Shown here: positions 36,901 through 45,250 of the stretch, piece after piece
Layout of the letters: each line of letters opens with the position of its first letter
Position numbering within the stretch: the first letter of the stretch is position 1
From: Narcine bancroftii
Taxonomy: Eukaryota
Assembly: GCF_036971445.1 (NCBI RefSeq)
Contig: NC_091471.1
Coordinates: 241,676,001 to 241,740,000 of the forward strand
Length of the DNA: 64,000 bases
Direction of reading: 5' to 3'
Position numbers and translations under genes: made by a program
Notes under the pieces: model-generated
Seen by the model: only the letters and a program-made list of their open reading frames with translations
The model's database searches: none
Told to the model about the DNA's origin: nothing

Positions 36901-38775
36901 AAAAATTGAAGAGTATCAAATGAGGGGTGTGGTGCAGATGATTTGTATTTTTACCCCGACCTTTTTATTTAATACCCAAGGATCTCTTGCTTCGAGGAGG
37001 ATCGTTGTCTTGGATGGTATTTAAGTGATTTTGGTATTTGTATAATTTAAGGGATGGGGGGGGGGGTGGAAATATGTAAAGACTCTGTAAATCGAATTAC
37101 GTGGGAAGAGAATGTAATTTGTTTTTGGGTTTGCATGAGTCTTTGGAAAAGCAAAAATAAAATAATTCCCAAAAAAAGATGAGAAAAATTTCCATAGTTT
37201 CAAATTTTAATTCTGAAGTCCATTTGAGAAGTTCACTGCTGCTCTCGTGTGGTTCATATTCAATTTCCAAACAAATATTGTGTTTGCACCAAAAGAACAA
37301 CTTATATAGTGCATGTTCTCACTTTTAACAATATTAATGCTGTATTTACTCATTCATTTCTAGCTTGCTCTTGAGAGGGCCAAAAAGGGTAGCCTGGTTA
37401 TTGCAAAGAGCATCTTGAATAACAGCAACATTGCAACGATGTTGGAGAAATATGTCAAGGTGAGATTTTTTTAGTATACAGATATGTAGTTTTTTATCCG
37501 AAATACTGAAAACCGAAGACCTGTGAAAACTGAACATGATCCAATGCAACTCATGCTCAACTCGCGCTTGAATAACCCGTGTCAGTAATTAGTAGAACCC
37601 TAGGGAGTCCTTATTTTATAGGTGCCAGAGGAAAAACAAAGTCCTGCACCTTCAATTCACCTTAGATGGCCGGACTCTTCCCCGCCCCGTATGTTAGGGA
37701 GAGGATCTGTGGTCAGGAGTTCAGAAGGGCAGACAGCCAGGGCATCAGGGGTTCAGATATGTGTTCAGGTGGGCCGGCATCCGGGGCATCAGGAGTTCTG
37801 GTGGGTGGATGGCTGGAGCTAGGGTCCTCTCAAGAGGAGCCTGGAGCTCCAGTAAGCGGGTGGCGTCAGGAGCTACAGTTGGCGGACTGTTGAAGCGAGG
37901 GTTCGCTGTCAGGGTGACGGGAGCTTGGATGGCAGCAGCAAACAACCCCTTGTCCAGCACCACCACTACAACTTTCTGTTTTTACATCACTAAATTTGAA
38001 ATGCCTTGTGAAAACTTATTTCAGGTAATCATTCAACATTTGCTTAATGAGGATGAAACTAGTTCTGAAACAAAATCATTTTGTTTTAACACCAAGATCT
38101 CTAATTCAAAACTAATTTGGGTGTAGAATTCCTTATCTGTTCCTTGATGCTAGGAAATGAAATCATTCCTCTTGTAAAGGGACTATAAAGCCTGGTCAAC
38201 CCAATTGTGGGAAATTTTGATCCCAAACAACTAGACAATTTTGTTTGTTGTTCCTTTGACAGGGTGAAAAACCATTCACCGATGATCCAGATGATAAAGA
38301 TGAAGAGGAGGGAGGAGTTCATGAGGGTGATGGTGAGGGTGATGGGCTCAATGATAGTACTAATGATGGCGAGAAGAAAGAAGGGGCGGCAGATGGTGGG
38401 GAGGTAAGTGGGGAGAGAGATGGTGGAGAGGGAGAGGCTGTGGAGGGAGAGGAAGTTGAGGATGGAGGTGGAGAGGGAGAAGTAGGGGAGGGAGAGGGTG
38501 GAGAAGGGGAGGGAGGTAGTGAAGGCAAGGGAGGTGAAGCTGAATATGGAGAAGAAAACATGGAGGAACAAGTAGATACATCCAATGAACCAGTTAATAC
38601 CGTGGGTGAAGAAATGGAGGAGCCAGGAGGAGATCCTGAAGCTGAAGAAGATGATGACTTGGGGGAAGTAGATGATGATGCAATTGAAAGCAAGGATCCT
38701 GAGGAGTGTCTTGAAGCTGATGAAGATAAGATTCTGGAGGGAGAGGATGACACATTTGATACAGATTTAGAGTAA
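9085..38775 (+). CDS. AKAP8L: A-kinase anchor protein 8-like (AKAP95 family), paralog A; complete 13-exon gene model, ~686 aa
   Basis: Exons 9085-9103, 24875-24922, 26043-26331, 27158-27620, 28477-28591, 29688-29716, 30184-30226, 31364-31430, 31857-31998, 33132-33237, 34178-34308, 37364-37459, 38263-38775. All introns are GT-AG and phases chain without a frameshift (2061 nt). Family motifs: [100 protein letters not shown]8 versus AKAP8L orthology is uncertain. Confidence 0.9.
9940..12310. mobile_element. Cluster of Penelope-like element remnants (GIY-YIG C-terminal fragments plus direct and inverted terminal repeats)
   Basis: [33 protein letters not shown] (-, ~10960-11260); [19 protein letters not shown] (+, ~11690-11850); at least 7 copies of the repeat tgctggagaaactcagcag...gtttcgggcttgagcccttcatcaaggtat in both orientations. 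Confidence 0.75.
12600..12810 (-). mobile_element. tRNA-derived V-SINE (HE1-like)
   Basis: Reverse complement of the SINE family seen at 13800-14040. Confidence 0.65.
13800..14040 (+). mobile_element. tRNA-derived V-SINE (HE1-like)
   Basis: A/B box-like head (tagcagttag..., ggttcgaatcc); V-domain-like ggtttcccctgggtgctccagtttcc; CR1-like tail. Confidence 0.75.
14050..14600 (+). mobile_element. CR1 LINE 3' fragment
   Basis: Degenerate CR1 RT C-terminus and 3' UTR. Confidence 0.8.
15037..15351. mobile_element. Tigger/pogo-type MITE
   Basis: TA|CAGATGCTTCCCTACTTA...TAAGTTGAGGAGCCCCTG imperfect terminal inverted repeats. Confidence 0.6.
15661..15924 (+). mobile_element. RTE-clade LINE 3' end
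   Basis: [16 protein letters not shown]...[22 protein letters not shown]; near-identical to four other copies in the window. Confidence 0.9.
19420..19572. repeat. ~48-bp tandem repeat x3 inside the Gypsy element
   Basis: Unit gcaagttcagcttctacttgtgataacgtttctgctcgcttc(g/a)ttgg. Confidence 0.85.
20955..21309 (-). mobile_element. RTE-clade LINE 3' end nested in the Gypsy 5' LTR
   Basis: Same family as 15661; splits the LTR sequence ttcttattt|caataacaca. Confidence 0.9.
24875..24922 (+). CDS. AKAP8L: Paralog A exon 2 ([16 protein letters not shown])
   Basis: ttttcctcag|...CAAG|gtgatt; 48 nt, phase 1-1. Confidence 0.75.
25370..25610 (-). mobile_element. tRNA-derived V-SINE (HE1-like)
   Basis: gtgggaggaaaccagagc...aaacccacgcagacacgg...acaaactcctta. 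Confidence 0.75.
26043..26331 (+). CDS. AKAP8L: Paralog A exon 3 (Tyr-rich, DYSG repeat, [10 protein letters not shown])
   Basis: ctgttag|...ACAG|gtatct; phase 1-2. Confidence 0.9.
26075..26170 (+). repeat. Coding 12-bp tandem repeat (GATTACTCAGGA) x8 = DYSG x7 + DYSE
   Basis: Directly visible; six internal units are identical. Confidence 0.97.
27158..27620 (+). CDS. AKAP8L: Paralog A exon 4 ([10 protein letters not shown]...[11 protein letters not shown]...RTRG)
   Basis: ctttcag|...GGC|gtaagt; phase 2-0. Confidence 0.92.
28477..28591 (+). CDS. AKAP8L: Paralog A exon 5 (RKRKQ NLS)
   Basis: cttattag|AGAAAG...GCTG|gtagtg; homologous to paralog B exon 5; donor somewhat weak. Confidence 0.8.
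29688..29716 (+). CDS. AKAP8L: Paralog A exon 6 (29-nt acidic microexon)
   Basis: ttattgcag|AAGAC...TCA|gtaagt; phase 1-0. Confidence 0.75.
30184..30226 (+). CDS. AKAP8L: Paralog A exon 7 ([14 protein letters not shown])
   Basis: tttttcag|GGA...CGTT|gtaggt; phase 0-1 as in paralog B exon 7. Confidence 0.72.
30660..30810 (-). mobile_element. Truncated V-SINE
   Basis: Same family as 25370. Confidence 0.65.
31005..31216. repeat. Palindromic pair of Penelope-type terminal repeats
   Basis: Two ~100-nt arms inverted about catcgataatg (~31103-31113). Confidence 0.75.
31364..31430 (+). CDS. AKAP8L: Paralog A exon 8 ([12 protein letters not shown])
   Basis: caaatag|TTCCA...GAAAG|gtatag; phase 1-2. 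Confidence 0.8.
31857..31998 (+). CDS. AKAP8L: Paralog A exon 9, AKAP95 C2H2 zinc finger 1
   Basis: [48 protein letters not shown]; ttatag|...|gtacgt. Confidence 0.95.
33132..33237 (+). CDS. AKAP8L: Paralog A exon 10 ([15 protein letters not shown]...HDVLQ)
   Basis: tttcag|...CAAG|gtatgt; phase 0-1. Confidence 0.92.
33620..34078 (-). mobile_element. CR1 LINE 3' fragment
   Basis: Reverse complement of the family at 3955-4515. Confidence 0.8.
34178..34308 (+). CDS. AKAP8L: Paralog A exon 11, AKAP95 C2H2 zinc finger 2
   Basis: [44 protein letters not shown]; ctgcag|...|gtaagt. Confidence 0.95.
34890..35530 (+). mobile_element. CR1 LINE RT fragment (degraded)
   Basis: Remnants of ADDTKI, WQMEFN..CEVLHF and the downstream CR1 motifs. 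Confidence 0.75.
36600..37165 (+). mobile_element. L1-clade LINE 3' fragment
   Basis: [12 protein letters not shown]...[12 protein letters not shown] matches the C-terminus at 1190-1405; A-rich tail. Confidence 0.7.
37364..37459 (+). CDS. AKAP8L: Paralog A exon 12 ([20 protein letters not shown]...LEKYVK)
   Basis: tttctag|...AAG|gtgaga; 96 nt, phase 0-0. Confidence 0.93.
38263..38775 (+). CDS. AKAP8L: Paralog A last exon (GEKPFTD + Glu/Gly/Asp-rich tail, TAA)
   Basis: tttgacag|GGTGAAAAACCATTC; open frame to the TAA at 38773-38775. Confidence 0.9.
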   Translation, partial: GEKPFTDDPDDKDEEEGGVHEGDGEGDGLNDSTNDGEKKEGAADGGEVSGERDGGEGEAVEGEEVEDGGGEGEVGEGEGGEGEGGSEGKGGEAEYGEENMEEQVDTSNEPVNTVGEEMEEPGGDPEAEEDDDLGEVDDDAIESKDPEECLEADEDKILEGEDDTFDTDLE

Positions 38776-39020
38776 CTTAGCGTGACTTCTTCAAAAATGT
38801 GGACAAATTATTATGTTCCCCTGTTGTTCTCTGAAGCTTATATTAGTTTTAACTTCGCATTGTTTAACTTGCAAGTAGTTTTGTTAATGCAGTACTCAAT
38901 TTCCAGCTGGATGTTTAATAGTTTGAAGAGTCTAGTAAATGCTCCCTATGTATTGTGCTGAATGGCTTTTCACAATGATGTAGACCGTAATCTCCTGAAC
39001 TGTCATGTGGAACATTTTAC

Positions 39021-39026
39021 AATAAA
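39021..39026 (+). terminator. Polyadenylation signal of paralog A
   Basis: AATAAA ~245 nt after the stop codon, followed by T/GT-rich sequence. Confidence 0.65.
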
Positions 39027-39299
39027 CATTCTTTCTATAATTGGATGAATGTGGTCATCTATACTGTTCAAGAAACCTTCTAAAGAGCCACGTTATGAAA
39101 AGAAATGTGGTGATTACAAATTGTGGGTACAAGGGACCATGACGCTCTAATTTTTAAAAGAATGGTTTGTATTTTCTATTTCAAAAGGTTTGCTTCCTTT
39201 AAAAAATTGGCAATTATGATAGACAACTTCAAGCTGAACGAAAAGATAATTTCAGATTTGCTGTTTCATATATGAAGTTGGAGAAATGAAATTAACAAA

Positions 39300-39764
39300 T
39301 TTAACATGACCAATCGCATATTGATGTTGACACGTTGCGTTAGTTCAACTAATCAAAAAATATTTTGCTGCTGATATCCATTTGTACTCAGCATCTGATG
39401 CCTCTCGTGTCAGCGCCCAACAATAGTCGGGTGGCAATGATGGATTCCAGTTGCCCTGATACCGCTTTTCCATGGTCACATTGTCCTGTTGAAACATTTC
39501 ACCGTGTTCGTCACTGACGGCACCAAGATCAGCAGGGAAGACGTCCACGTGGGAACGCAGAAAATGAATTTCCAACGACACGTTGCACTTCATGGTTTTG
39601 TTTGCTTGAAGTAGAGTTAAAATGTGACAGGAAATCACAAAAATACAGTACAGCTAAAAAAAACTTTGATAGGAACATATTAAGGTGATTTATGTGATAA
39701 GCAGCCCAAAATCCATAAAATACACCTGAAAATGTTCAGGAAGCAAAATGTTAATCGTCCAGTG
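39300..39764 (-). mobile_element. Chapaev3-like (CMC) DNA transposon remnant, internally deleted
   Basis: SLEIHFLRSHVDVFPADLGAVSDEHGEMFQQD..MEKRYQGNWNPSL.DYCW transposase C-terminus; CACTG terminus at 39764. Left end not located. Confidence 0.72.
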
Positions 39765-40899
39765 TAATTAGATCACCACTTCAACTGAGAAGAGAATTGT
39801 GAGAAATTGGAAGTAAATTCCATTGAAACCTGGATTGTTTCAATTGTGACAATAGCATCAGCCTATTTTGGTGAGTAATCAAATGTAGTTTTTGGGCCAT
39901 ATCTCTCATTTGGTATTGTGATTCATTGGAAGTAGATGAATCCTTATTGCAAGTCATAGATGTACATTTTATGTTTAGAATGCAAATATACTGTATATGT
40001 CTAAAATACTTTGTTTTCCAATGGTTCTCAAAATGTTCAACTTACTCTTGCTCAAATATTGCAAGAAAATGCATTGCAGAGTATCGTGTGGGGGTTAGGA
40101 TAGTTGATCTGAAGAAAAGCTATAGACCAGCATTTATGTAGCCCAATAATCTGAATCTATCCATCTCTAACCCCTTGGGGATTTTTCACAAACTCTTTCT
40201 CACAATCCTTTTTATCCCTCCTCCTCCTCCCACCCCCACCAGAAATGAAATTTTATTCAACTCCTCCTCCGTCACACTTTGCTGCAATTTATCACTGCTC
40301 TCTAACTTGCTTGCGATTCTACATGAAGTGTCAGAACATATGCAATTGCCAAGTAATGCCTTGTGTTTGGAGAGGCTGCAGCTGATATCAAAAAATTTAT
40401 TTTACGGTTAAACATGAATTGGGATCAGAGGTCTCAACACTGGTTGCCATGCCATTAGATCTGTCTGTAACTAACACGATGTTTCTGGTTTCTTGAAATT
40501 AATCTGTCTTGAAAATATGCAAAGACTGCTTCACTAACTTTAAAAAAGCACTTCAAAGATCAATAACATTAACAAAGAAACTGTCCCATCTTTGTCTTCT
40601 TGAATGATGATCTCTGTTTTAAATGGATGAGGTTTCAAATGTTCACTTTGGGTGCTTTCTTCGTACCATGTGCCCACCAAATCTTTTCTCACCTCCAAGA
40701 TTGGAGCAAATCATCTGTGGGTCACTATCAACTTATTTTCAACTTTCCTATTTGGAAAGCAATGGTTGAAAATGAAAGTCATCCCTTCACAATGCTGTCT
40801 ACCTGCTGAGTATTTCCAGCATTCTGTTTTAACAGACGGTGGTATTTCTGTTAGGAAGTCCAAGATCTAGTTAAGAGAGGACATCTTTTCCACCACCAT

Positions 40900-41240
40900 C
40901 TGGGGAATTGTTAAACGCCGAGCTGAAGTCAATGAACTTCAATGCCAGCAGCCTGGCATATGAGGCATCGTTATCCAGGAGGGTCAGGATGGAATGAAAG
41001 GACAAGGCTATATAGCATCATCTGTGGAGTGGTTTCTTCTGTAGGCGAATTGAAGTGGGTCCAGCATCTCTGGGAAGTATGCATTGATACATTCCATCAC
41101 CAGACAATCAAAGCATTTCATAATGATGGAGGTCATATGGCAGTAGCCATTGAGCCTGGTAATGTTGCTCTCTTGGGTACTGAAATGATGGTGGCTGTCT
41201 TGAACCCTGTAAGAACGGTGGACTGCTGCAGTTACAGTAG
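40900..41240 (-). mobile_element. Rex1/Babar LINE RT fragment
   Basis: TSIIMKCFDCLV...LDPLQFAYRRNHSTDDAI. Confidence 0.8.
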
Positions 41241-43099
41241 CCACTTTTAAATTGCTGCACCTGGGTAGCAGATGTGACTACAGGGGCAAAGGTGCTGGAA
41301 GCACCTTATAAATTGCAGGGAGATCAGCCCATTAAATCGCAAACCCAGCAATTTAAGGGGGTTCCCGCCCTCACAATGACGTGTCACGCACTGACCGGAA
41401 GTGCTACCGTATGTTCAGATGCTGCTGCCCAGTGACGCATGCATGCAGGTGCTGACGTCACCGGAATAGGCGGGTCGGCCATTTTCAAATCAACCGTGGA
41501 TGAGACCGAGGTAAGTTTAACTGTTCCCTGACTACCTCTGGTAGGTCAAGGATCCAGTTGGACCCTTTCAAACTGCTGCATACTTTGACACTAACTGGAA
41601 ATTGACCGGTTAACCCATTTTACTCAGCAGTTGGAAAGACCCTGCATTATTGGGCCCATTGAATGACGCTAAGGCGTCAGGGTTAGTCCTACGCAGAAAA
41701 TACCTGATTAGTATCAAGTTGGATCCTGACCATGAAAGAGGACAGACACAACTGCATGACAGACAGCCACAACCAGCCTGTACAAACTCGTTCTGCAAAA
41801 ATTAACTCCAGCAGAAACCCTAATGCCTGATCCTGTGGATCAACACCCACCAGAGACAAAAGTACAAGAATCATCAAACCCTGACCAAGTCACAGTCATC
41901 TGCTAAGATTATCATGAATTGGAATGGTCAATGTTTTCCACTGGTCTTGATTAAAGATTCAAAGACAGGAACATTGTTGCTCAAGATTCCAGCATCTTCG
42001 TTTGTGCTTCTCATTGGTTAACATTTCATTTGTTACATCATAGATCAGCAGCAATAGAAATTCTCCAAGACAATGTTATTTTTTAAACAATATCTTTATT
42101 AATAATTACTAATATATAACACATCTTATTTAAATCTGAATTTGACCCCAACTATGCGCAAATATACATGTATATGTGTGTGTTGGAGGAGGGGGTGGAT
42201 TACCCAAACTATTACATCTTAGGCACAATTCTCGAAGGTCAATTCCCAAAGTTCAGTCTTAGAAATCCTGTGTTGAAACTCGGAACTTTTAAACTGTTGT
42301 TTAGAAGAAATTGTGAAGAAGGTGAGACACTGAGAGTCACCAGACTGCCTTTAACTCGCAAATCCTTGAGTTTCTTCCAGAGAAATGTTCTTTCATTGAA
42401 TGATTGTCACAACTCCCCGTTTCCTTGTGTAGGGGAAACAAAACTTGTGACTACCACAATGCTTCCAAGAATCTCGGCAAGGTTCAGGTGAAATGGCCCA
42501 TCAGAATGGTCACGATCCAAATGCAAGATTGATCTTGCTTCCGTTACCCAGATATGGGTCAGTCAAAAATGACCCATTAGAATGGTTACGGTGGTTCATT
42601 GTTTTCCATGACAAAGGAAAACAGCAGAAGTGTCCATTTCAACTCTTTTTAGATCACTTGGTTGATTAATACTCGTTTCTATTTCAATGCCCTCCAAAAA
42701 AAAAGACTCAATAATCAGACGACTACTCTCTGAACAGATGACTTTACCTTGGGTAAACAATCCATTGATTTGGTTCTTAATTGAGACCATTAACTCGGTT
42801 TATGGCTTGGATTCAGATGACTGCATCTAAAAATGTTATGAAATCTGAGTGTTTTTGCACCCTGATCATCTCCCAAAGAAAAAGTAATAGAGACACAACA
42901 CATTGTCCAAATGAGAGACCAAGGTATACAATTTACAATGGCCAATTACCCAAAAAAATTCATGGGTTTTTTGGATATGGGAGAACATGCAAACTCAGCA
43001 TGGTGGTGGAGGATCGAACCAACTGGAACTGTTTCAATCGGTCTGCTGGTGGTGTTATTGCACCACCTTCTTGTAGGCAACCTTTCACCGTCTGTGAGA

Positions 43100-43576
43100 T
43101 TCTTTCTTTGGCTTGGCTTCGCGGACGAAGATTTATGGAGGGGGTAAAAAGTCCACGTCAGCTGCAGGCTCGTTTGTGGCTGACAAGTCCGATGCGGGAC
43201 AGGCAGACACGATTGCAGCGGTTGCAAGGGAAAATTGGTTGGTTGGGGTTGGGTGTTGGGTTTTTCCTCCTTTGCCTTTTGTCAGTGAGGTGGGCTCTGC
43301 GGTCTTCTTCAAAGGAGGTTGCTGCCCGCCAAACTGTGAGACGCCAAGATGCACGGTTTGAGGCGTTATCAGCCCACTGGCGGTGGTCAATGTGGCAGGC
43401 ACCAAGAGATTTCTTTAGGCAGTCCTTGTACCTTTTCTTTGGTGCACCTCTGTCACGGTGGCCAGTGGAGAGCTCGCCATATAACACGATCTTGGGAAGG
43501 CGATGGTCCTCCATTCTGGAGACGTGGACTCGATGCTGTCGACCTCTGCCATCTCGAGTACTTCGACGTTAGGGGT
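43100..43576 (-). mobile_element. RTE-clade LINE 3' end
   Basis: MEDHRLPKIVLYGEL...[12 protein letters not shown]; (AAAG)n tail; small internal deletion at a CGTG microhomology (~43523). Confidence 0.92.
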
Positions 43577-44164
43577 TAATCTAATTAAAATCTATTTATA
43601 ATTTGCTGTTGTTTAAGATGAAAGTCAGAGCCTTTCACTTAAATCAGATTTATTGTCACGAGTACATACATGACATCCCTGTGAATCCTGCGGGCCGGGC
43701 AGAATTACAAAAAAAAACTACATTGTGGGAAAAAAAACAACTAAATATGATTGCATGATATTGAAATTTGGCATATAAAGCTTTATCAAAACCTTGAAAT
43801 GTTAAAAAAGAAGGGAGAACTATATTTGTTCAGGTATAATTTTTGATATTATACTGTAATTAATAGCTCTCCTGAGTAACATCTCAAAATAAGGAATTTC
43901 AGATTAATTCAATTTTTGAGAGGGAATATTCCTACAGTGATTAAGTTCACATTTTCATATTTAGTACACAAATAAAGAAATGTAAACAAACTGACTGCAC
44001 TACAGAGAGAAGTAAAAAATGACCATATTAAGTAGGGGGAAACTGCACTTACTGGAACTCAGGGGTATAAGAAACTTGTGAATGATTTGAGCAATAACTT
44101 AATTACACTTCCCAGTGGGAGGCTCGAATTGGAGGAGACATTTTCCTTTGACATTTAATGTTCG

Positions 44165-45250
44165 AGGATGTGCCCGCAACGCCTGCACCTTCTTGCATGG
44201 GTAATAAACGGGTTAAAATTCTCAGCCGGGCACCCATGGTAACCGTCATGAAGAAGAACGATTGACGGAATTTAAAGCCAACCAACGCCCGCTACGCTTT
44301 AAAGCCTGCCCACATTCTCAAGCCTTGACCAATCGGCGCCGGGTGGGACATCCGGGTGAGTGGGAGCTCGCTAGAAGCGGCTGAGGACTTCTTTCTGCAG
44401 CCGAAGCAAAATGGATGGTCGTTATTCAGGTTAGTCGAGCAAGTCTCATCACGTTTGGTCCTAATTTTTCTTCCAACGATTTCACCGTCGTGTATGTGAG
44501 GCAGAGATTGGCGTTCCCAGCGGGATTTGTTTACGGAGGGGAGATATTTCGCGTCAAGACGGGGAGGTAAATCAACGCTGACGCGGCTATCGGCCTTCCT
44601 GGGGAGATGATTGGCTCTTGTGTTTGTCAGTCAGGGATTTGCCGTCATCTGATTGGTTGGCGTTCATGTCGTCCTGGTTCTGAGGCGCGAGTATTAATGG
44701 CTCCTGGTTTGTTCGCAGCTCGAACATGGCCTTGCTGGGAGCTGATTGGCTGCCGTGCGTGTCAGGCAGGGGTGTCCCGTCATGTTATTGGTCGGTGCTC
44801 CTGTCACTCATCCGCAGAGCCCTCTTCAGAGGCGCGAGCAGTAATGGCTCCTAGATTGTTCACAGCGCCAACGAGTCGTACCCCCCCCCCACCACTGCTC
44901 CATCCTGGGACAACCGTGACAGCTCAAACGGCGTCCTCCAACGGCACAGTGATTTAAGAATGCAGCAGAAGTTTTGCTCATTTTTTTCTCTCTCTCTCGT
45001 CTGTGGACGCCTGGCCCGAATTAAATGTGGACGCTGAAGTGGATGGTGTTCGTCTCCTGGGCTGCCATGCTCACAAAATGGCGCTGCTTCGCGAGGCGGA
45101 CTGTTGGCAACGCGCGGGGGTCTCGCGGCGTCCGTCGTGCCCAGCACGTGCACGCCTTTCTTTTCCCCCCCCCTCCCAAATGTCCAAAGCGGTGGGTGTG
45201 GCAGGATCCCTGGGCTCCTGCATCGCATCCCATCCCACTGCAGCTAAAGT
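44165..45250 (+). promoter_or_regulatory. CpG island / promoter and intron 1 of paralog B
   Basis: CpG-rich; CCAAT at ~44329; multiple ATTGG in intron 1; YY1-like ACAAAATGGCG at 45073. Confidence 0.75.
44411..44429 (+). CDS. AKAP8: Paralog B coding exon 1 (MDGRYS-G)
   Basis: aaaATG GAT GGT CGT TAT TCA G|gttagt within a CpG island. Confidence 0.82.

Noticed and set aside
38101-38753. Minus-strand Ser/Pro- and Leu/His-rich ORFs
   Set aside because: Antisense shadows of the purine-rich last exon of paralog A
42781-43572. 263-aa plus-strand ORF
   Set aside because: Largely the antisense frame of an RTE copy; no independent gene signals
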